Assembly (NCBI GenBank): GCA_050084515.1 | Contig: CM114271.1 | Span: forward strand, 36,828,001 to 36,892,000 | DNA: 64,000 bases | Origin: Blasia pusilla | Taxonomy: Eukaryota | Direction: 5' to 3' | Part shown: in pieces, positions 1 through 15,146 of the stretch | Position numbering within the stretch: position 1 is the stretch's first letter | Layout: each line of letters starts with the position of its first letter | Made by a program: the position numbers and the translations under genes | The notes under the pieces: generated by a model | The model's input: the letters and a program-made list of their open reading frames with translations, nothing else | Told to the model about the DNA's origin: nothing | Databases searched by the model: none

Positions 1-247
1 AAAGTCTGATGCTACAGTTCTCTTCCAAGAACTACACCTTTTGCTTTGAGCCAAAATAGCCTCCGAGGCACCCTTTGTATACAACATTCAACAGAGATCC
101 ATAGCCTTTAGATTTATTGCCTAAAAACTCCCACATATACTCTTCCGCACAGTAGTCATGTCTTGCAGCAAAAGTACTGTTCTCAGTACTTAAAACGGTA
201 CCAGCCAATAGAGAAACGCGTGCATAGTACAACCGCAAACATCTTCC

Positions 248-252
248 TTTTT

Positions 253-283
<31 letters not shown>

Positions 284-312
284 CTTTTTTTTTTTTTTCT
301 TTTCCTTTTTTT
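248..312. repeat. T-rich homopolymer tract (A-tract on the minus strand)
   Basis: Nearly pure T over ~65 nt; longest pure run 255-283. Confidence 0.9.
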
Positions 313-1917
313 CTATGTTTCTTTCTTTCTTCTCTTTCCTTTTATCATGCACTCGCCAACCTGCAAGAGACAGAGACTTAAAACCAATGTATGTGAAACA
401 GTGAGTAAATCCCAAACTTTAATGCCCACTAAAGAGAGATAAACCAACCAGACACAAAAGGGAGATATTCGGAGAGATGTCCAAACATACAGAAGGCATC
501 ACTATAACGCCAGATTTACTGAGCAAGACATTGTATCCTTACTGTGTCAAGGAGGAACTGTAGCTGGGCAGTTTCCTAATCCTGTCCTCCAGAACAGGTT
601 GAACATAAACAATCCAGAGAAATACAATACCAGGAATCAGCCAGGAATCAACCTGATACAAAGAACCCATGCAAGTAGGTACACCCCACTTCACAGAAAG
701 CATTTTTTGGAAACCCCAATTCACCCATGAATGCAAATGCTAACTACTTACTACAGTCAAATATGTAGAAACAACCAAACCACACTGGTAGCCCACCCCA
801 CCTAATATCGTCCACTACCTACACCAAGACAAGATGGCCATGGTGGAGATTGCTATTGCTGACTATTTGCTATCACGACCCCATCCTGTTCAGACAATGA
901 ATACTCTTCCTATGCACCCTACAGAAAGATGTTCCCTCGTCCAAATGCCAGCTACCCATCTAAAGACCTTTTCTTGATCAATAACAGCACACCCATTGAA
1001 AGACAATAGCATTCAAACTCTACAACTAGTTTCATAAATTTACCAGGTAGTATATAGGCACATCCCACATGACTAAACTTCAATCCTAGATCCTATACCC
1101 ATCTTATTCATCGCAGATCTACTATTTCCACTTTGATCACACACGACAACCAATTTCTTACAACCAAATTTGCATGCCTCTCAAAATATGCATTTGAAAT
1201 CTCACCTTACATACCACCTTTGTAGAAGAGCATCTCGGAGAACCATGCTCAACTCAAATTGTGGCGTGTTTTGTCCAAAACTCTAAAATCTCCACCAAAA
1301 CCTTAGATTCCAATTCTTGAACTAGAACACTAGGAGGAAACATGGAGATGGAAGATTTGGCGTTATAATGCCACTAGTTCAACAAAGTGTGCTCTGGCCA
1401 AAAGAACAAAACACCTCTTGAAAGCATTTCCAAGTGACCATCATCCAAGCTTGGCTCCCAACTCCACAACATGCTGCAACAATGCCTACTAAGCATGACA
1501 CAATGGAACTGAGCACTAAACTTGTAGCAAAACTTGGGATTTTCTGAGAAACTTCGAAAAAAATAATCAGTTTCTCCAAGGTGCAGTTGACAATCCTCCA
1601 CCTCAAACCCAATGAACGAGCCTTGTGACTGCCTTGGTACTCTTGTATCTACTCATGTCTACTCTTTCCTGAGATCTGCCAGCATTTAGGTCAATGACCA
1701 TCGAAGCCAGTGAATCATGAGTCAACAGACTAGAGCCTGAAACACTTTCAGAACAAGAAGGATGCATAATACAAGGTATTAGGGTAATGGGTAGAGCTTC
1801 ATGATCATGCCCAGGATGCAGATGAGCCGAAGTAGACAATCAGCAGTTTACATTCTACTTTTCTACCACCACCAATGCAAGGTACTAGGGTGATAACCAT
1901 CAATCTTGGGCAAGTGC

Positions 1918-4900
1918 CTAATAATAAGGCCTATATCGCATAGGCCTCCTGAACCTTGGCACTTTCCTGTACACAGAATCCATCAGAAAAACAATTACTC
2001 AGCCCAAAGAGGGGCGAATTATAGATGCACCAAGAAAAGCGTCAAAGCAGGAACGAACTCTGGCAATGTCCTGAGCATGTATGAAATGAAGCAGGAAATA
2101 AAGATACTATGAAATATGCACGCCACATGAGTCAGGATGGAAATCCATAGTGGATACCCACCCATAACCATAGGGAGCATACCCATAGGGAGGCGGATAG
2201 GGCCTCCGCGGGCGGTACCCAAAATAAGGGTTGAAGCGTCGACCACGAAATGCCTTCATTCCAGGTACATTTGTCCGCTTTGCTGTCACCTGAATGAATT
2301 CACAACAAACCACTGATTGGAAACCATCTTAAACCCTGATTCGTCACGAACATAATTCTCTGGATTAATAGGAACACAGTGGACTATCAGTTTCTGAAAG
2401 AAAACTGAGCGAAGCTTTTATCATCACGGGGATATACATGGATCTTCATTACAGAGCACTGCCACTACCAAGTGTTGGCAGCTTCTCAGCAGATGCAGTG
2501 TAAAGGCAGAAACATCGTCGAATTACCTTGAGCTGGCGACCATGAAGTTCTGATTCGCTGAGTAGAATAGCATTTTGTACAGCTTCCACCTCCAAAAATT
2601 CAACATATGCATACCTGACAAACAATCACCTCCCACAAATCAGCACTCCCAAGTTTCACAGTTTCAGACACCAGCTACGCAGTCCCCGCTCGAAACAGAC
2701 CATACTGGTAGAATTGACCTTTTTTTTGCCTCAGGATATTGCTACACATCAATAGCATGCGTCAGGTACAAAACTGACTAACCACATTCTCAGTAGGCCG
2801 CTCAGAAAGAGTGGACACACAGGAATGAATTTGAGGTTCTCTACTTGGAGTGCATATGCAGACCAATTAATCAAAACAGTTAGAGGTGTAATTATTCAAC
2901 CACACTAGTGACTAAGGCCAGCATAACGAGTGAAATTACAGTCAGAATGACTCCAGGCAATAAACTTCCTGCTCAAACAGACTTAATCAGACAGCATGTA
3001 TGTCCAGCAGTACTTAGTGACTAAGGCTTATAAGAGGACTACAGTTTCTTCATAAGCAAACAGTTACTATATACCCTAGCACTCAACAAGCTACATAGAC
3101 CAAACTAATCCAAAGGCGCTTAGGGCTAAAGTGCGAAACATGAGAATCTGTGTACACAAGTAGCAAATGTGTCTGCAGACACGATAGCTACTTGATCAAA
3201 AAGATACGTCAACAATTCAGACAGAATCTTCTGTGAGTCGAAAATGCTCCTAATGATCCACCTGACCCTTTAATAAAGCTAATAACAACTTGAAACCTCT
3301 TCAGTGTATCTAACGTAATCCATCATGGCACCATCCTAAAAGAGCACACCTCATGTGGCAGCACGTCCTTGTCCTATCAGTACCAGTTGGTGTCTAGAAC
3401 TATGTCCTGGTTTCCATTTTACTTGGGTTTGGGCTAGCTAGATCTAAAGCCGGCAGGGAATAGCAAAAGAACTCCGCACCACATAGTAACTGAACTTGAT
3501 AGCAGGATTTCACAAGTCTCCCATAATTGCAGAGCAATGCAACTGCCTCAGACTACACCAAGGAACATTTGCACTCTGCTAGCCTGTATTTTTGTTTACG
3601 GTTCAACCACATAATTTAATGAATTATGACAGTGTAATGAATGCACCCACCCTTTCGGCTGACCAAATTTATCAGTCAGAATAGTAACACGGTTCACTGT
3701 GCCACAAGACTGAAAGTGCTGTTGGACTTCTTCAGGGGTGCAGGAGTAATCAACCTGGGAAAAAACCGCCAGAGAACACTTTCAAAATCAGTGTTCAAAG
3801 AAAACATTTCCCAGTGTACATAAGACTATATTCCTGGATAGTATGATTCACAAAAAGAATTAACTATGAAATTCTCTCTCAATCCATATAGCTGGATTTC
3901 TGAAGTTCAAACGTAATATCTATTTTGCTCTCACAGCAGAAAAATGAACTTCCAAATTAACCCTAAGATCCTGAGCAACATACATTTCCCACAAAAACAG
4001 AACGAGCATCAGCTTCCTCCCTGTTCGCTTGTGATGCAGCAGCACTTGCAGGATCTGCATGTAAAACCCACAAACACGTCAAGTCAAGATGATTCAACAC
4101 AGTTTCCAACAGCGTATAACACTATGATTGCCAAAGAAGAGTGCACACAAAATTTCTGCTCAAACATTGCGAAATAAAATTACAACTTAGATTGAACATC
4201 CACACACTTGAATCATGTTGCTTTTTGTGACAATGGACTCCAAACTCTCCATGAATTACTACAACTTTGGACTTGGGGCTCATACCTTGCACCGCACTCA
4301 TTTCTTTTTCGACCTTTGCTTGCATGTCTCTCAGCGCAGCTGCTTCCTCTTCCATCTCTTTCAATCGTTTCTTCATCTCTTCCAATTCCTACCACATATG
4401 AAGGAGAAATCAGCCAATTCTCATCAACAGTTCCCACACACGTGACCAAGGCTATTTTCGTTTTAGGGCTCATAAGTTGAAGAACTTCTGGAATGTAGAG
4501 GAGATAAATTTTGCTATGCATTGCAGAGAAGTTAAAAGAAGAAAAGAGAGGGGTCAGGATTAGCATAGGATCTAAAGGTTTTGTTCCCTCGTTTGAGATT
4601 GGACGTAATTGTCGTTATCAGTAGAGGGCCTGACCTAGCAACCTCAGGGTCTATCAAACGAGAGGAGGATTCGCCTTTGAACTACTAATTCCCACAGGTG
4701 ATGAACACCAAACTAGGTTAACAATTAATGGAACTACAGGGCTCCTTGGTACAACAGCAGCTGCGACAGCATACTTATGAGACCACAAAATCCCATTAAG
4801 AACGAAGCGGAAAGACTAAGCATGTACGTGGGTAGGCAGCTGAACTCTTCCTCTGCAGAAAGAAGCAAGCTCCTCGGCCTAGACAAGGAGTTCAAGTCTC

Positions 4901-5532
4901 CAAGACATATGGAGGGTGGAGGTCTTACACGCAGTACACCGTTCACAATCAAATTACGGTTACTCATGGTGATATATCTACCTTTGGCGTACTCCTAAAC
5001 AGACCACGGGGTGAAAAGACACACTTGGTTCCCCATTGGTTCACGAAACTCAAAGCAAAGGCTAGTAGAACTATGGCAAGAAAACAATGCATGAGTTCCA
5101 GAAAGTGCTACACGTCCCATTGTGATTACTTGAATCTCAGAGACGCGTTTCTAACCAAATAGCGTCCAATGAAATGCGCATTCGTTAATAAGACGACTCG
5201 GCAGAACTATTCCAGAGAAAAAAACTGAATCATGGGCATCCATAACAGGTAAACATTGCAACAAACGTTCGCGACCAACCACAACTTCGACAGGATGTAC
5301 GGTGCCTGAGTTCTACTGATCAATTGGACTAGGGTTTCGACACACCAATCACAAGAACCAGAGAATGTTGAAACGAAAGAGGATTCGGAACTACCTTGGA
5401 GGCCGCGTCATCGGTAACTACATCGTCTACTTTCGTAATTCCATCATCAGGGTGCACATCCAGGTCCCCCTCCAACTCACCCTCTACCTCTTCTGGAATT
5501 TCTCCTCCGTACACCTCGTGCTCTTCCTCCAT
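1918..5532 (-). CDS. PABN: Nuclear poly(A)-binding protein (PABN/PABPN1 family, single RRM), 7 coding exons, 226 aa
   Basis: Exons 5532-5395, 4388-4286, 4054-3984, 3754-3651, 2614-2527, 2289-2162 and 1966-1918, all with GT..AG introns and consistent phases (681 nt). Protein: [13 protein letters not shown]..., coiled coil [23 protein letters not shown] ([21 protein letters not shown]...KFGQPKGYAYVEF...LHGRQLKV), C-terminus [15 protein letters not shown]. Confidence 0.96.
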
Positions 5533-7399
5533 TTTCTGAGCTTGCGCAAGAGAGGAAGAAACTCACAGAAATAAAATTTGCGGCGGCCAGGCACCGAGGT
5601 ACAGCTTAAACCATACTCATGCCCGGCATGCAGTGGCGGGAAACTTCCACGTCCTCAACATACGGCTACGCTGCGGGATATCTCCTTCAACTACACGAAA
5701 AAAACTAAGAATCCGGATTCTCCGATCGTCTCCAATCTCGTCCTCGTCCTCGTCCTCGTCCTAATCTCGAACTTCAGAATACTGTTGTAAATTTGGACGT
5801 GGAGCAAGACTCCCTTCCTCTTTCCCCAGCTTCTCCTTCCCGAGCCTGTGTCTCCGCTGAAGGATCTCTCACCGGCAGCCTCTCCTGCGTATGACTCGAG
5901 CAAAATTTTCGCCACAGAAGGAAAACTAAACCCTTTGATCGCAAACCACCACGTGCAAGGAACTGTAAAATAATTATCGGTAGTCGACTGATGAAACTGA
6001 ACTCCGGCTCTCTTCCTGTCCCTCTGTTTGGGCCAGGAGCGAGCGGTGCTGTCCAGTCCTATTTTCGGGTGGAAATAGCGAATCAGAAATAGGGTTCCGT
6101 CCGCTGTGCCTTGGTTATCGCGGCGTTTCGCTATTCCTCTAACGGGTGCGAGGACGCCCTTCGGAGAATAGCCTCTTGCACTAGGGTTACCTTTTACTAA
6201 AATCTCTTGCTAGCAGTTGTCCCAGAGTTTGTTGGTATCTATCCTCCGCGGCATCTGCGTATTCTACTTTCGTTCTACTCTCGTTGGTTCTGATCAAATT
6301 TTCCCAATAAAAGTAACAACTCTTCGCTTTTGGAACACTTGTACGGCCCCGTGCCACGAACAAAGTTATACGTATACAAAATTAACCAACCCATATTTTC
6401 ACGAGCTAATCCTCCCTCGAAAGTATAGCCTAGTATTACATTCTAATATTACATTGCGTGCGGAATGCATAGGAATGATTTGCACAAAATGTCATTACCA
6501 ATCTTTTCTCCTTTTAAGAAGACTTCACTTTTTATAGTAATTGTTAACTTCCATTCATAAAAAAAAGTTTTTTTGTCTCAGTAGTATATATGAAATTATT
6601 TAGAAACCCCCCAACAAAATATTTACGGGAACATGCCTCCTCAAAATTAATTGTGGTTATATTAGAACTCGAGATCCTGGTTTTGTGACACATGCATAAA
6701 AGTCAACCGTGATTTGCAACTCAAGTGTCGTTGTTGTGCAACCTTCTATTGGACCTGGCCGCAAGCCAGGTCCAAGATGAACCTCAAGATGATGGACATT
6801 CCCTCGATGTCATCCAAGAGAGACACCAACTCCCTCTCAAACAAGTTGGATGAGTTAGATCTATTCGTTGTGACGTCAACGCGATTCCCCGTGAAATTTC
6901 TCGCTAAGTTCCCATAACAAATTTTGGGAAGTGACACAAATCCACTTTTTGAAAGGGTGAGCACGATTGGATTTTGAAATAAAATGTTAAATTTTTAATT
7001 CCACAAAATTACATTACATTGAGCTGAGATTCTTTTTCCGTGTACGTTAGCTTGTAAAGCAAATGGCCTTAGTTGAGGAACAAAAATCCCCGAAGATTCC
7101 GATATTCAACTTCATTTATTATAATACTTTTGTGAATTGGAAGGAGGCAAAGATATTGAAAATCATCATCTACAAGTGCATGGATTGGGGAGGCACGGGG
7201 CTAGCCTTCATGGTACATGTACTATTTCGTAGTTATTTGATTGAAGTCACATTAGAGCGTATTGTCATTCCACATAAGGAAACTTTAGACTTAAGAGAGA
7301 GTCTTAAAGGGCTCGCAATGAACTATGTGTGTAGACTTCAATAAAGCAACCCGAGAGCGCTTAATTGTGGATATAGCCTTAGGACGAGAAGTATATCAT

Positions 7400-9800
7400 A
7401 TATATCATGTGTGATTTATTTGAATGATTGTCCAATTTCTTCCAAAAATTGGTAGCAAATCGCATATTAGAAAATTTTGTAATCGCGTGAAAGATTTCCA
7501 ATGTGATATTTATGGTGGAAAGAAGAGATGGAAGAACAATTTCTTCTCTAACACCTTGTGCAATACTATACAAGACGTTGGAGAAGAAACTAGCAGACGA
7601 GACCCTATAGAGTGGGAGGACGTCGATTTGAGAGGTATTATTAAAGTTTATTTGAGTTTTGCAGATGATGTGTTGTACATTATCATTGGTGGAGATTCTA
7701 CACCCAATTCGTGGGCAAAGTTACAAAACCAATACGCGATGGAGTCTTTGAAAAGTCGATTGACCTAAAGCATAAGTTGTATACTCTGCATATGAAAGAA
7801 ATTGTAAACCGGATGGACCACCTAAGCGCTTCAAATAAATCAAGTAATCAATGAGTTATCTATATGGAGGTAAAGCTTGAAGATGAAGATAAAGTGTTGT
7901 TATTTCTAAGATCATTACCTACTTCTTTGGAGCACAAAGTTATTGCTATACTATGTGGGAAAGATACTCATAGGAATTAGAGCAAAAGTAAATAAAGATC
8001 AAATTCTCAATCTAGTAATAGCATGATGAAAGGTAGATGTTGGACTTGCAAAAAAGGTAGGTCGCATGAGATATTATAGGGCCGGAAGAAGGATCCACAT
8101 GGCTTAGGAAGGTACTTAGAGAGAATGCTCAAACCTCCAAACATACTAGCATAGGAGAGTTGGACGGAGATGATTATGTACTGATTGTAAATTCCATTGG
8201 GATGCTCCAGCAGGTTAAACCATTTGTACATTTGTGAAATTCCCTTAGAAGCATGATGCATAAGAACTCAAACTCAAAATTCCACTTTCGTTTGCCCATG
8301 TCGGTTACATGCCTACATGGCGATCCTTTCCAGGAGTAGCTCGAACTAATCCGAACTTCAAGAGTCGATCTGAGCAACAACAATCGAGCACATATATCTC
8401 TTATGATGCACTGATTAATTATGGATTATGGTTTCCTTTACCATGCATGTCATTGTAAGGAATACTTCTATACATATTGTAATTAGGAAAATGCAATTGT
8501 TATGATGGGGAATGACATGCCATGCAATATAGTAGGGAATGGTTTTTGCCATATCAAGACCTTTGATGGGATTGCTTGAAAAGTGATTGAGGTCAAACAA
8601 GTCCCTAATCTATAAAAGGACTTTATTTCTCTTTGTACGTTGGACATTAATGGTTGCAAATAGGTAAAGAATAATGGAGTTCTAAGATTTTGAAAGGAGC
8701 TTTGATTTTCATAAAATATAAGAATGTTTAAACTTTGTACAAGCTTGAAGGGGGACCATTGTAGGTATAGTTTTTGTAGCACCATAACATGTAGAGATGT
8801 AACAAACACAATGAGATTATATATGGCATCTATGATTGGATCATAAGCCGAACATGAACCAAGGTAGTTATTAGAACGTGAGTTGCTCAAAGAAGCAAAG
8901 GCTTGGAAGTTGGATTTTTTTAAGCATTACGTGTCTCAAAAACAACGTAGAATAAGCTTCAATACTAGTATATATCGGGCAACTGGAGCTCAAGACTCTA
9001 AATTTGGGGTCCTGCATCTCTTGCTTCGCAATTAACAACGTTTCAATTTGTTATCTTTATGGACTACTACTCCAAGAGGGTTTGGATATACTTCTTGAAG
9101 AACAAACCCGAAGTATTATCTTCCTTCACATAATGGAGATAATGGTAGAGAAGCAAACCGGTTGGAAGATCAAGTGTATATAATCTCAAAATGGTGGAGA
9201 ATATTGGTCTGAGCCATCTAAAGAATTTTGAAAGAAGGAAAGCATCGTTCACCACTATTGGTACACCTCAACAAAATAGGATGGTAGAGCGGATTAACCC
9301 CACACTATTGGAGAGAGCACGCATTATGTTGAGCAATGTATGATTGAAGGAGAGCTTCACATCATAAGCTATAACTACTATGTGTTATGTGATGAACCTA
9401 TCCCCTAGTACTACTATTAGATGAAAAAATCCTATAAAGTTGTGCCATGGTTTTCCCAAAAAAAAACTACAAACTTAGATGGATGCCTTACATATATTCA
9501 TTTTTAGCAAGACAAAAGGTCTAAGTTACATATGAAGGCTAGAAAGCACATTTTTGCAAGATATCAATAAGGAGTGAAAGGATATAGATTGTAGGATCCT
9601 AGTACATGCAAGACCATTGTCAATAGAGATGTGTTTTTTTATGAGAAGCCTACGTTGAAAGGCCACATTGCAAGTGAGGTAAAAGATGAGATTCAGATTT
9701 TTGGGCCTTAGAGGTGAAGGTAGACATTGATGACATGTCTATTTTAGAATTTTGGTTTGAGAATCCTATTGCAATTCATAGTGTGGCAGAACTTTGCAGA
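7400..9800 (+). mobile_element. Degenerate Ty1/copia retrotransposon fragment (gag, protease, integrase)
   Basis: Interrupted motifs in copia order: gag (SFADDVLYIII...WAKLQNQYAMESLKSRL, KLYTLHMKE), zinc knuckle (CWTCKK), protease (IMDYG, MMGNDMPC), integrase (DYYSKRVWIYFLKNK, TPQQNRMVERIN, GVKGYRL). No RT or LTR recognised; ends approximate. Confidence 0.85.
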
Positions 9801-10739
9801 TTAGATAGACCTAGGAGACCCCTTTAGCAATTGTGTTTTTTGAGTTTAGATGTTTTTACAGTTTTTGAGTTTAGATGTTGTTACATTTTACCTTCTTACA
9901 TAGAATGGTCAAAAGAGGAAGGATTGTTTTGCTTGCACATACATTGCTACACAATCCACATGGATGGTCATATCTCACCATTAACAACAATGATTTTCCC
10001 AAAACACGTGTATATCTACACACATGAAAAATACATTTACGCATGTACATCAAGATTATGCTACAAAGTCAAAGTAAAAATGACTCACACTGCCATTTCC
10101 AATCATGAATTTAATTTAGCATATTAAGCCACATCCACCCTTTGCCATAGGGAATCTGGACTCTAACACACTAGCTCCTACCAAATTCTAACATTAGAGG
10201 TACTCCAAAGGCTCCATAAAAAAAAAATGGTTTGAGAAAGCCATATCTCCCCCTCTTACACCCTTATGAAGAGGAAAAACCCTTTCCCCCATAAATAACC
10301 CACTCATTAGTAACTTGCTCACACATGTTACTAAATGACCGCTGACTCGGTCATCTAGCCCAAATAGTAAAAGAGGGGAATTGTCCCAAATGAAAATCCC
10401 AATGGAATGGAGTTATTGCCAATCTCACTTAACACTTAGAATGAAGTTATGCCTGAAAAACCTATTGAACCTTTATGGTGTCGACATAGTATAATTCTAC
10501 ATATCGGTTAACCAAGATGTGTCAATTATCATGCATAGATATCTCACTAAATAATACACATTATTTTTCATATCTATACAACACAAAACATCGATCTTCC
10601 TAACACATGGGTAGATTCACACACATACACATATACACCAAGATCCTGCAACCATCTATCTAATTGGAAACTCCCCCCTTAACATCAGATAGCACATATC
10701 ATATCCATCTTACATGGTCTACTACCGTATACATATTTA

Positions 10740-11340
10740 GCATTATCGTGCGCCTACTCCTCTTGAACGTTGGTCTCATGTATTGTTGAAGCATACGCAT
10801 AGTAGGTCACGCTCTCCTTACTCATTTGCATCCAAACACACTCACGTTATCCATTGTTTGGGTTCACCAATATCACATATCCTAAGTCTTGGACTCATAC
10901 CATCCTTCAAGCTCAACAAATCTAAGCGAGGCTAGATACCGACATATGTAACCCCTCGCTCCCCAACACAGGAAAGTCTTCCAAGACATAGGTCATAATT
11001 TCTTGATACCATAGAAGCCTAAAACAAAATTAGCATTTGTGGAGGTCCCACTTGCCAAATGGATCTTGAACGCGTCTTTGGGCAGACCCAATGCTTCAAT
11101 CACAAGTCAAGGTCTAAGGTTGATATCCATAATTAATCCCCTTGGACTTGGCTTGATGTCCATACCCCAAAGCCATCCTCTAAATCCATCTTCTGGCCTT
11201 GGTTTAACCCCACCCCCTTAATAAATTTTCAAATCCCTTGGGACCCAACTCTTCGCGGAAATTAAGCTCGTCTCAAGTTCCGCTTGGCATTTAGTCTTGT
11301 GCTACTATGTCACAACCATCATCACTTGAGATGCCCATCA
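10740..11340 (-). mobile_element. Heavily decayed retrotransposon gag-like fragment
   Basis: Minus-strand translation loosely resembles Retrotrans_gag helices, with many stops. Family not resolvable. Confidence 0.3.
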
Positions 11341-11459
11341 AGGCTCGCATCTTGCTTACAACTCATGTCTCATTTTATAGACTCCGACGCGCTTCCATTG
11401 TAGTGTGAGCCCTCATGTTCCTCATTGTTCACACATTTGGCTACAAGGGTCACAAAACT

Positions 11460-11622
<163 letters not shown>

Positions 11623-11629
11623 ATACATC

Positions 11630-14600
11630 ATTTGTGCAATATCTCCTAACACATCTCATCCTCAGATCCATCTCATTTATTTCAACCTAGAGCTATCGAT
11701 GTATTTGTATCTTGGGTTGCAACACTGGAACTAGCTCTCCATGTTGATACCTTTGAAGATATCTAACAATCTCACACCCTCCTCCAGATGTTGCCATACA
11801 ATAGATATAGTGTCAAAGGATATCAAGTCTCCACCCCAAAGCATGACCATCACTTTACTTTGTTTGCTCCATGTCAAAGGTACAACTCCACATCTCCCTC
11901 ATGAGCTTGTATGCACTCCTCATAGGACTAGCTGCTATTGGGATGTCCTTAGGATGGGTGCTCCCCTCGAAGAACTTTCTTGGCCACCGAATACTATCCA
12001 TGAAGGTTGTCAACGTGGTTGTGCCAACACATCGTGGATCAACACTACACCCTACAAATCGCATAGGTAAATGGCTCACATGTCCATCACTTGATCACCA
12101 TCATGGCCGATAAGAAATTATCTACTCCCAAAAATCAAGGATGAAACCAAGGGGATACAACATTTTACTCCTTACCAACACATCATATGACTCTTCTAGT
12201 ATCATAATCATACGAATGCGCACCATTTGAAGCATGCTATAGCAAGAGTTCGACAACTAGCTCATGTGGAGTCATATATTGGATGGATGACATGCTCTTA
12301 ATAGAGGTATATATTTGAAAGGGATAAGGTCGGCTCAATATCGCCTTTCCATAATTCCAACGCCAAATACGTCGCATTCCCTAATATCAAGGTACGCGCT
12401 CTCAAATCAAGAGGACGTGTTGAATGTTGTACAACGACTTGTGGGACTAACCAAGCCATAGACTCGAGCTCTGTTATCCAAAAACACCACATTTGGTATG
12501 ACCATGGTTTGCTCTATTGTTGGTCTCGTTGGCATATCCCCCAACTTGGCCACTGTAACCTGCCTTGACTCAACGGAGGACATCATGAGCACTTGCCCAA
12601 GGCCAGGTCCACAACCTCCCCAACAACTATGTCTTAACAAGAGGCAATAACCACTCCATGCTTTATGTAACATTGTGGCATGCCATAGCACGTGCGCTAG
12701 TCCGTCTCCCACCACTACCAAGTCCGAGTGGAAAACTCAAGTGGAAAACTCCAATAATGTAGTCAACATTGACTCCATCTAAGCCAACATATCAATTGCC
12801 TCTCCAACTCTTTGTGACATTGATCTACCCATCACCTCTACATGCACAACTTGTCATATAGGCATCATTGATGGTATAGGAATATACCTCTATCAAAGTG
12901 AAAGATTGTGGAACCTCGGCATATTAAACATCCATCCACTCCTATAGGTCTATCTCAATCCTATCCCTACGTGGCTTACTTGCTCTTAGAGCACCTCGAG
13001 TCATCATAACAACAATCTCTATATTAGCCACATTGCACATAAATCTCAAACCAATGTTCTCTTCCCTTGTATTCTGATACAATGTAAAGGTCAAAGCTAA
13101 AGTAGATACTCTCATCTCTGTATTCACCACTTGCTATATTATCACCATGACAAAAATTCTCTACTCCAACTAATCGATTCAAATGAGGAGCCTTGCATTT
13201 TGTGCAACCAATGTAGCCCTCCTTACGTGCATCAATTAGTTGATTTCTTTGACTGATGGTTGAACTCTAGCACCATGATTATTAAGTCATTAACCTCCAC
13301 TTACTCCCCCAAGCCCTCAACCTACCTCTGGATGTATCTTTCGGCGAAGTTTGAAACATCTATCCCAAGTGTAATCATATCGGGAATAATGATCACATTG
13401 CAACTATGGTTGGGCCATCCAACGTGGCTCTAGAAAAATGGGAGGCACTCTAGGCCCTCTACCATGATGTGGAAAATCCCTCTTCCTATGGGGTCCAACA
13501 AGGGTTTACGGTTTTTAAATCGGGTTTTTTCCGTTGCCTCATGGGCTCGTAATACATGCTCTCCTCTTTAGATACATCTATATTCTCTTATGGCATTGAT
13601 GCACAATAACGCTACCGAAATCCATGGATCCATCAATTTTCATGGGAATCCTATGGCCACAACATGCTCCTCACTTATGTATAGCTCAACCTGCTTAGAC
13701 AACTCAAAGATCCCCTTGAACATAGGTTTCATTGTATGAAGAAACATTGCATCCTAAATTAACCTTTCCTCCATAGATCTTGATCCAATTTTGATCTACT
13801 TGTGCATTCACCAGTTTATGAGTGGCAATGATTAATCGTCAAATGCGTGTAAATGCCTCTCATAGACTCTTACCTGATCTAAAGTGCAACTATCGTAGAC
13901 TCTTCTACATGTTGGTTTGCACACCCTAGCAGTTCTTCGATCCCCAGCTCTCATAAGAAATTCAATATAGGATTGAAACTAGATGGCCCTCTACCATCTC
14001 ATTACCCATTACTCTCATCGCCTCCATCTAGTCCATTGATTGAGGATGTGGGCCTAACCTCCCTCACTATCTGATCATATGCCTCACGACCACTAATGGA
14101 CATATACCATGATACACAATACACCTTCTAGGCATCGATCTCTACAACATGTAAAGATCAAAACTTCGGATAATAATTTGTCAGGGGTCCATCCAAATAT
14201 TGGAACAAACCCATTCCCGCCTTAAAAGGTTTGAATTTGGTGAGGCTCATATCTCATGGAAGTCACACCACGTGTCGAAATACTCAATGAAGTCATCAAG
14301 ATCAATGGTGACTACCGCACCTAAGAAACAATGCATACCCTCGTGGCTCATGTTGTCCATGTCTCTCCACATGTGACTGTCTCCATCTTCAATCTCATCT
14401 CCAAACCATTATACAACGATGATAATCCAATCATGGATGGGGGTTGGGGTGGTTCCTCACTCGAAACCTCTAGAAACCTCATTCCGGTTTGTGTTATATC
14501 ACTACCGCTACTCAAACTACTTTGTGCTTATAAATCGTAGAAGAATGTCATGATGAAAACCTTGACTCACATGCTCAAATACTTTAACTTGCTGAGAGTC

Positions 14601-15146
14601 TCCCAAACTTATCATCAGCTCACCTACACTAATATTAATCTTGTGACAACACGTATGGCCTTACGTACACTCACTCAATTACGCTCATCTCGAGCCTTCC
14701 ATACTAGCTTACCTAAGCTAACCAATAACCTCATGTCATACAAACAAAACGCTACAAATGGACAAATTCTACACTTGATACCATAACTACACCCATCTAA
14801 CACCAACTCTACTTGATACCTAGCGCCCTCAATGACATAAGAAAATAGCAAGAAAAGAGACTTTAGAAAGTAACATAAACATCTGTGTCATAACTCTATT
14901 TTACAGTCACTACTAACTATTCCATGTGGTGCGACAACCTTTGTGGCAAGACAATCTCCTTGAAAAGTACATTGAACCTTTCATCAATGGATTTGGACTA
15001 TCCATCGACATTAATACAAGTGTCACCACTTATCATTTCACCATATATTGTGGGTGTAGACAACCTATCTCACTATGAGTAGGCAAAGTACTAGCAAGTT
15101 AAAAATCTAACAAAGACTCCCAATGGCTAACAAGTCTTGCTACAAA
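11630..15146 (-). mobile_element. DNMT-gypsy family copy A: old, decayed leader, gag, protease and start of DNMT
   Basis: Homologous to copies B and C: gag start near 14560; VAKLGDMPTRPTIEQ (cf. AAKLVDMPARPAIER); protease VLLDLRARTL (cf. LLDSGAQPL) near 12400; DNMT motif I region IVWQHLEEGVRLLDIFKGIN near 11745-11805. Truncated at the (TG)n tract. Confidence 0.8.

Noticed and set aside
32-415. Poly-Lys and poly-Phe ORFs
   Set aside because: Produced by the T homopolymer.
6714-6964. Short overlapping ORFs upstream of PABN
   Set aside because: No recognisable domain or splice support.
8182-8391. ~210-bp insert between the copia knuckle and protease
   Set aside because: It interrupts the expected spacing, but no TIR, TSD or identity could be established.
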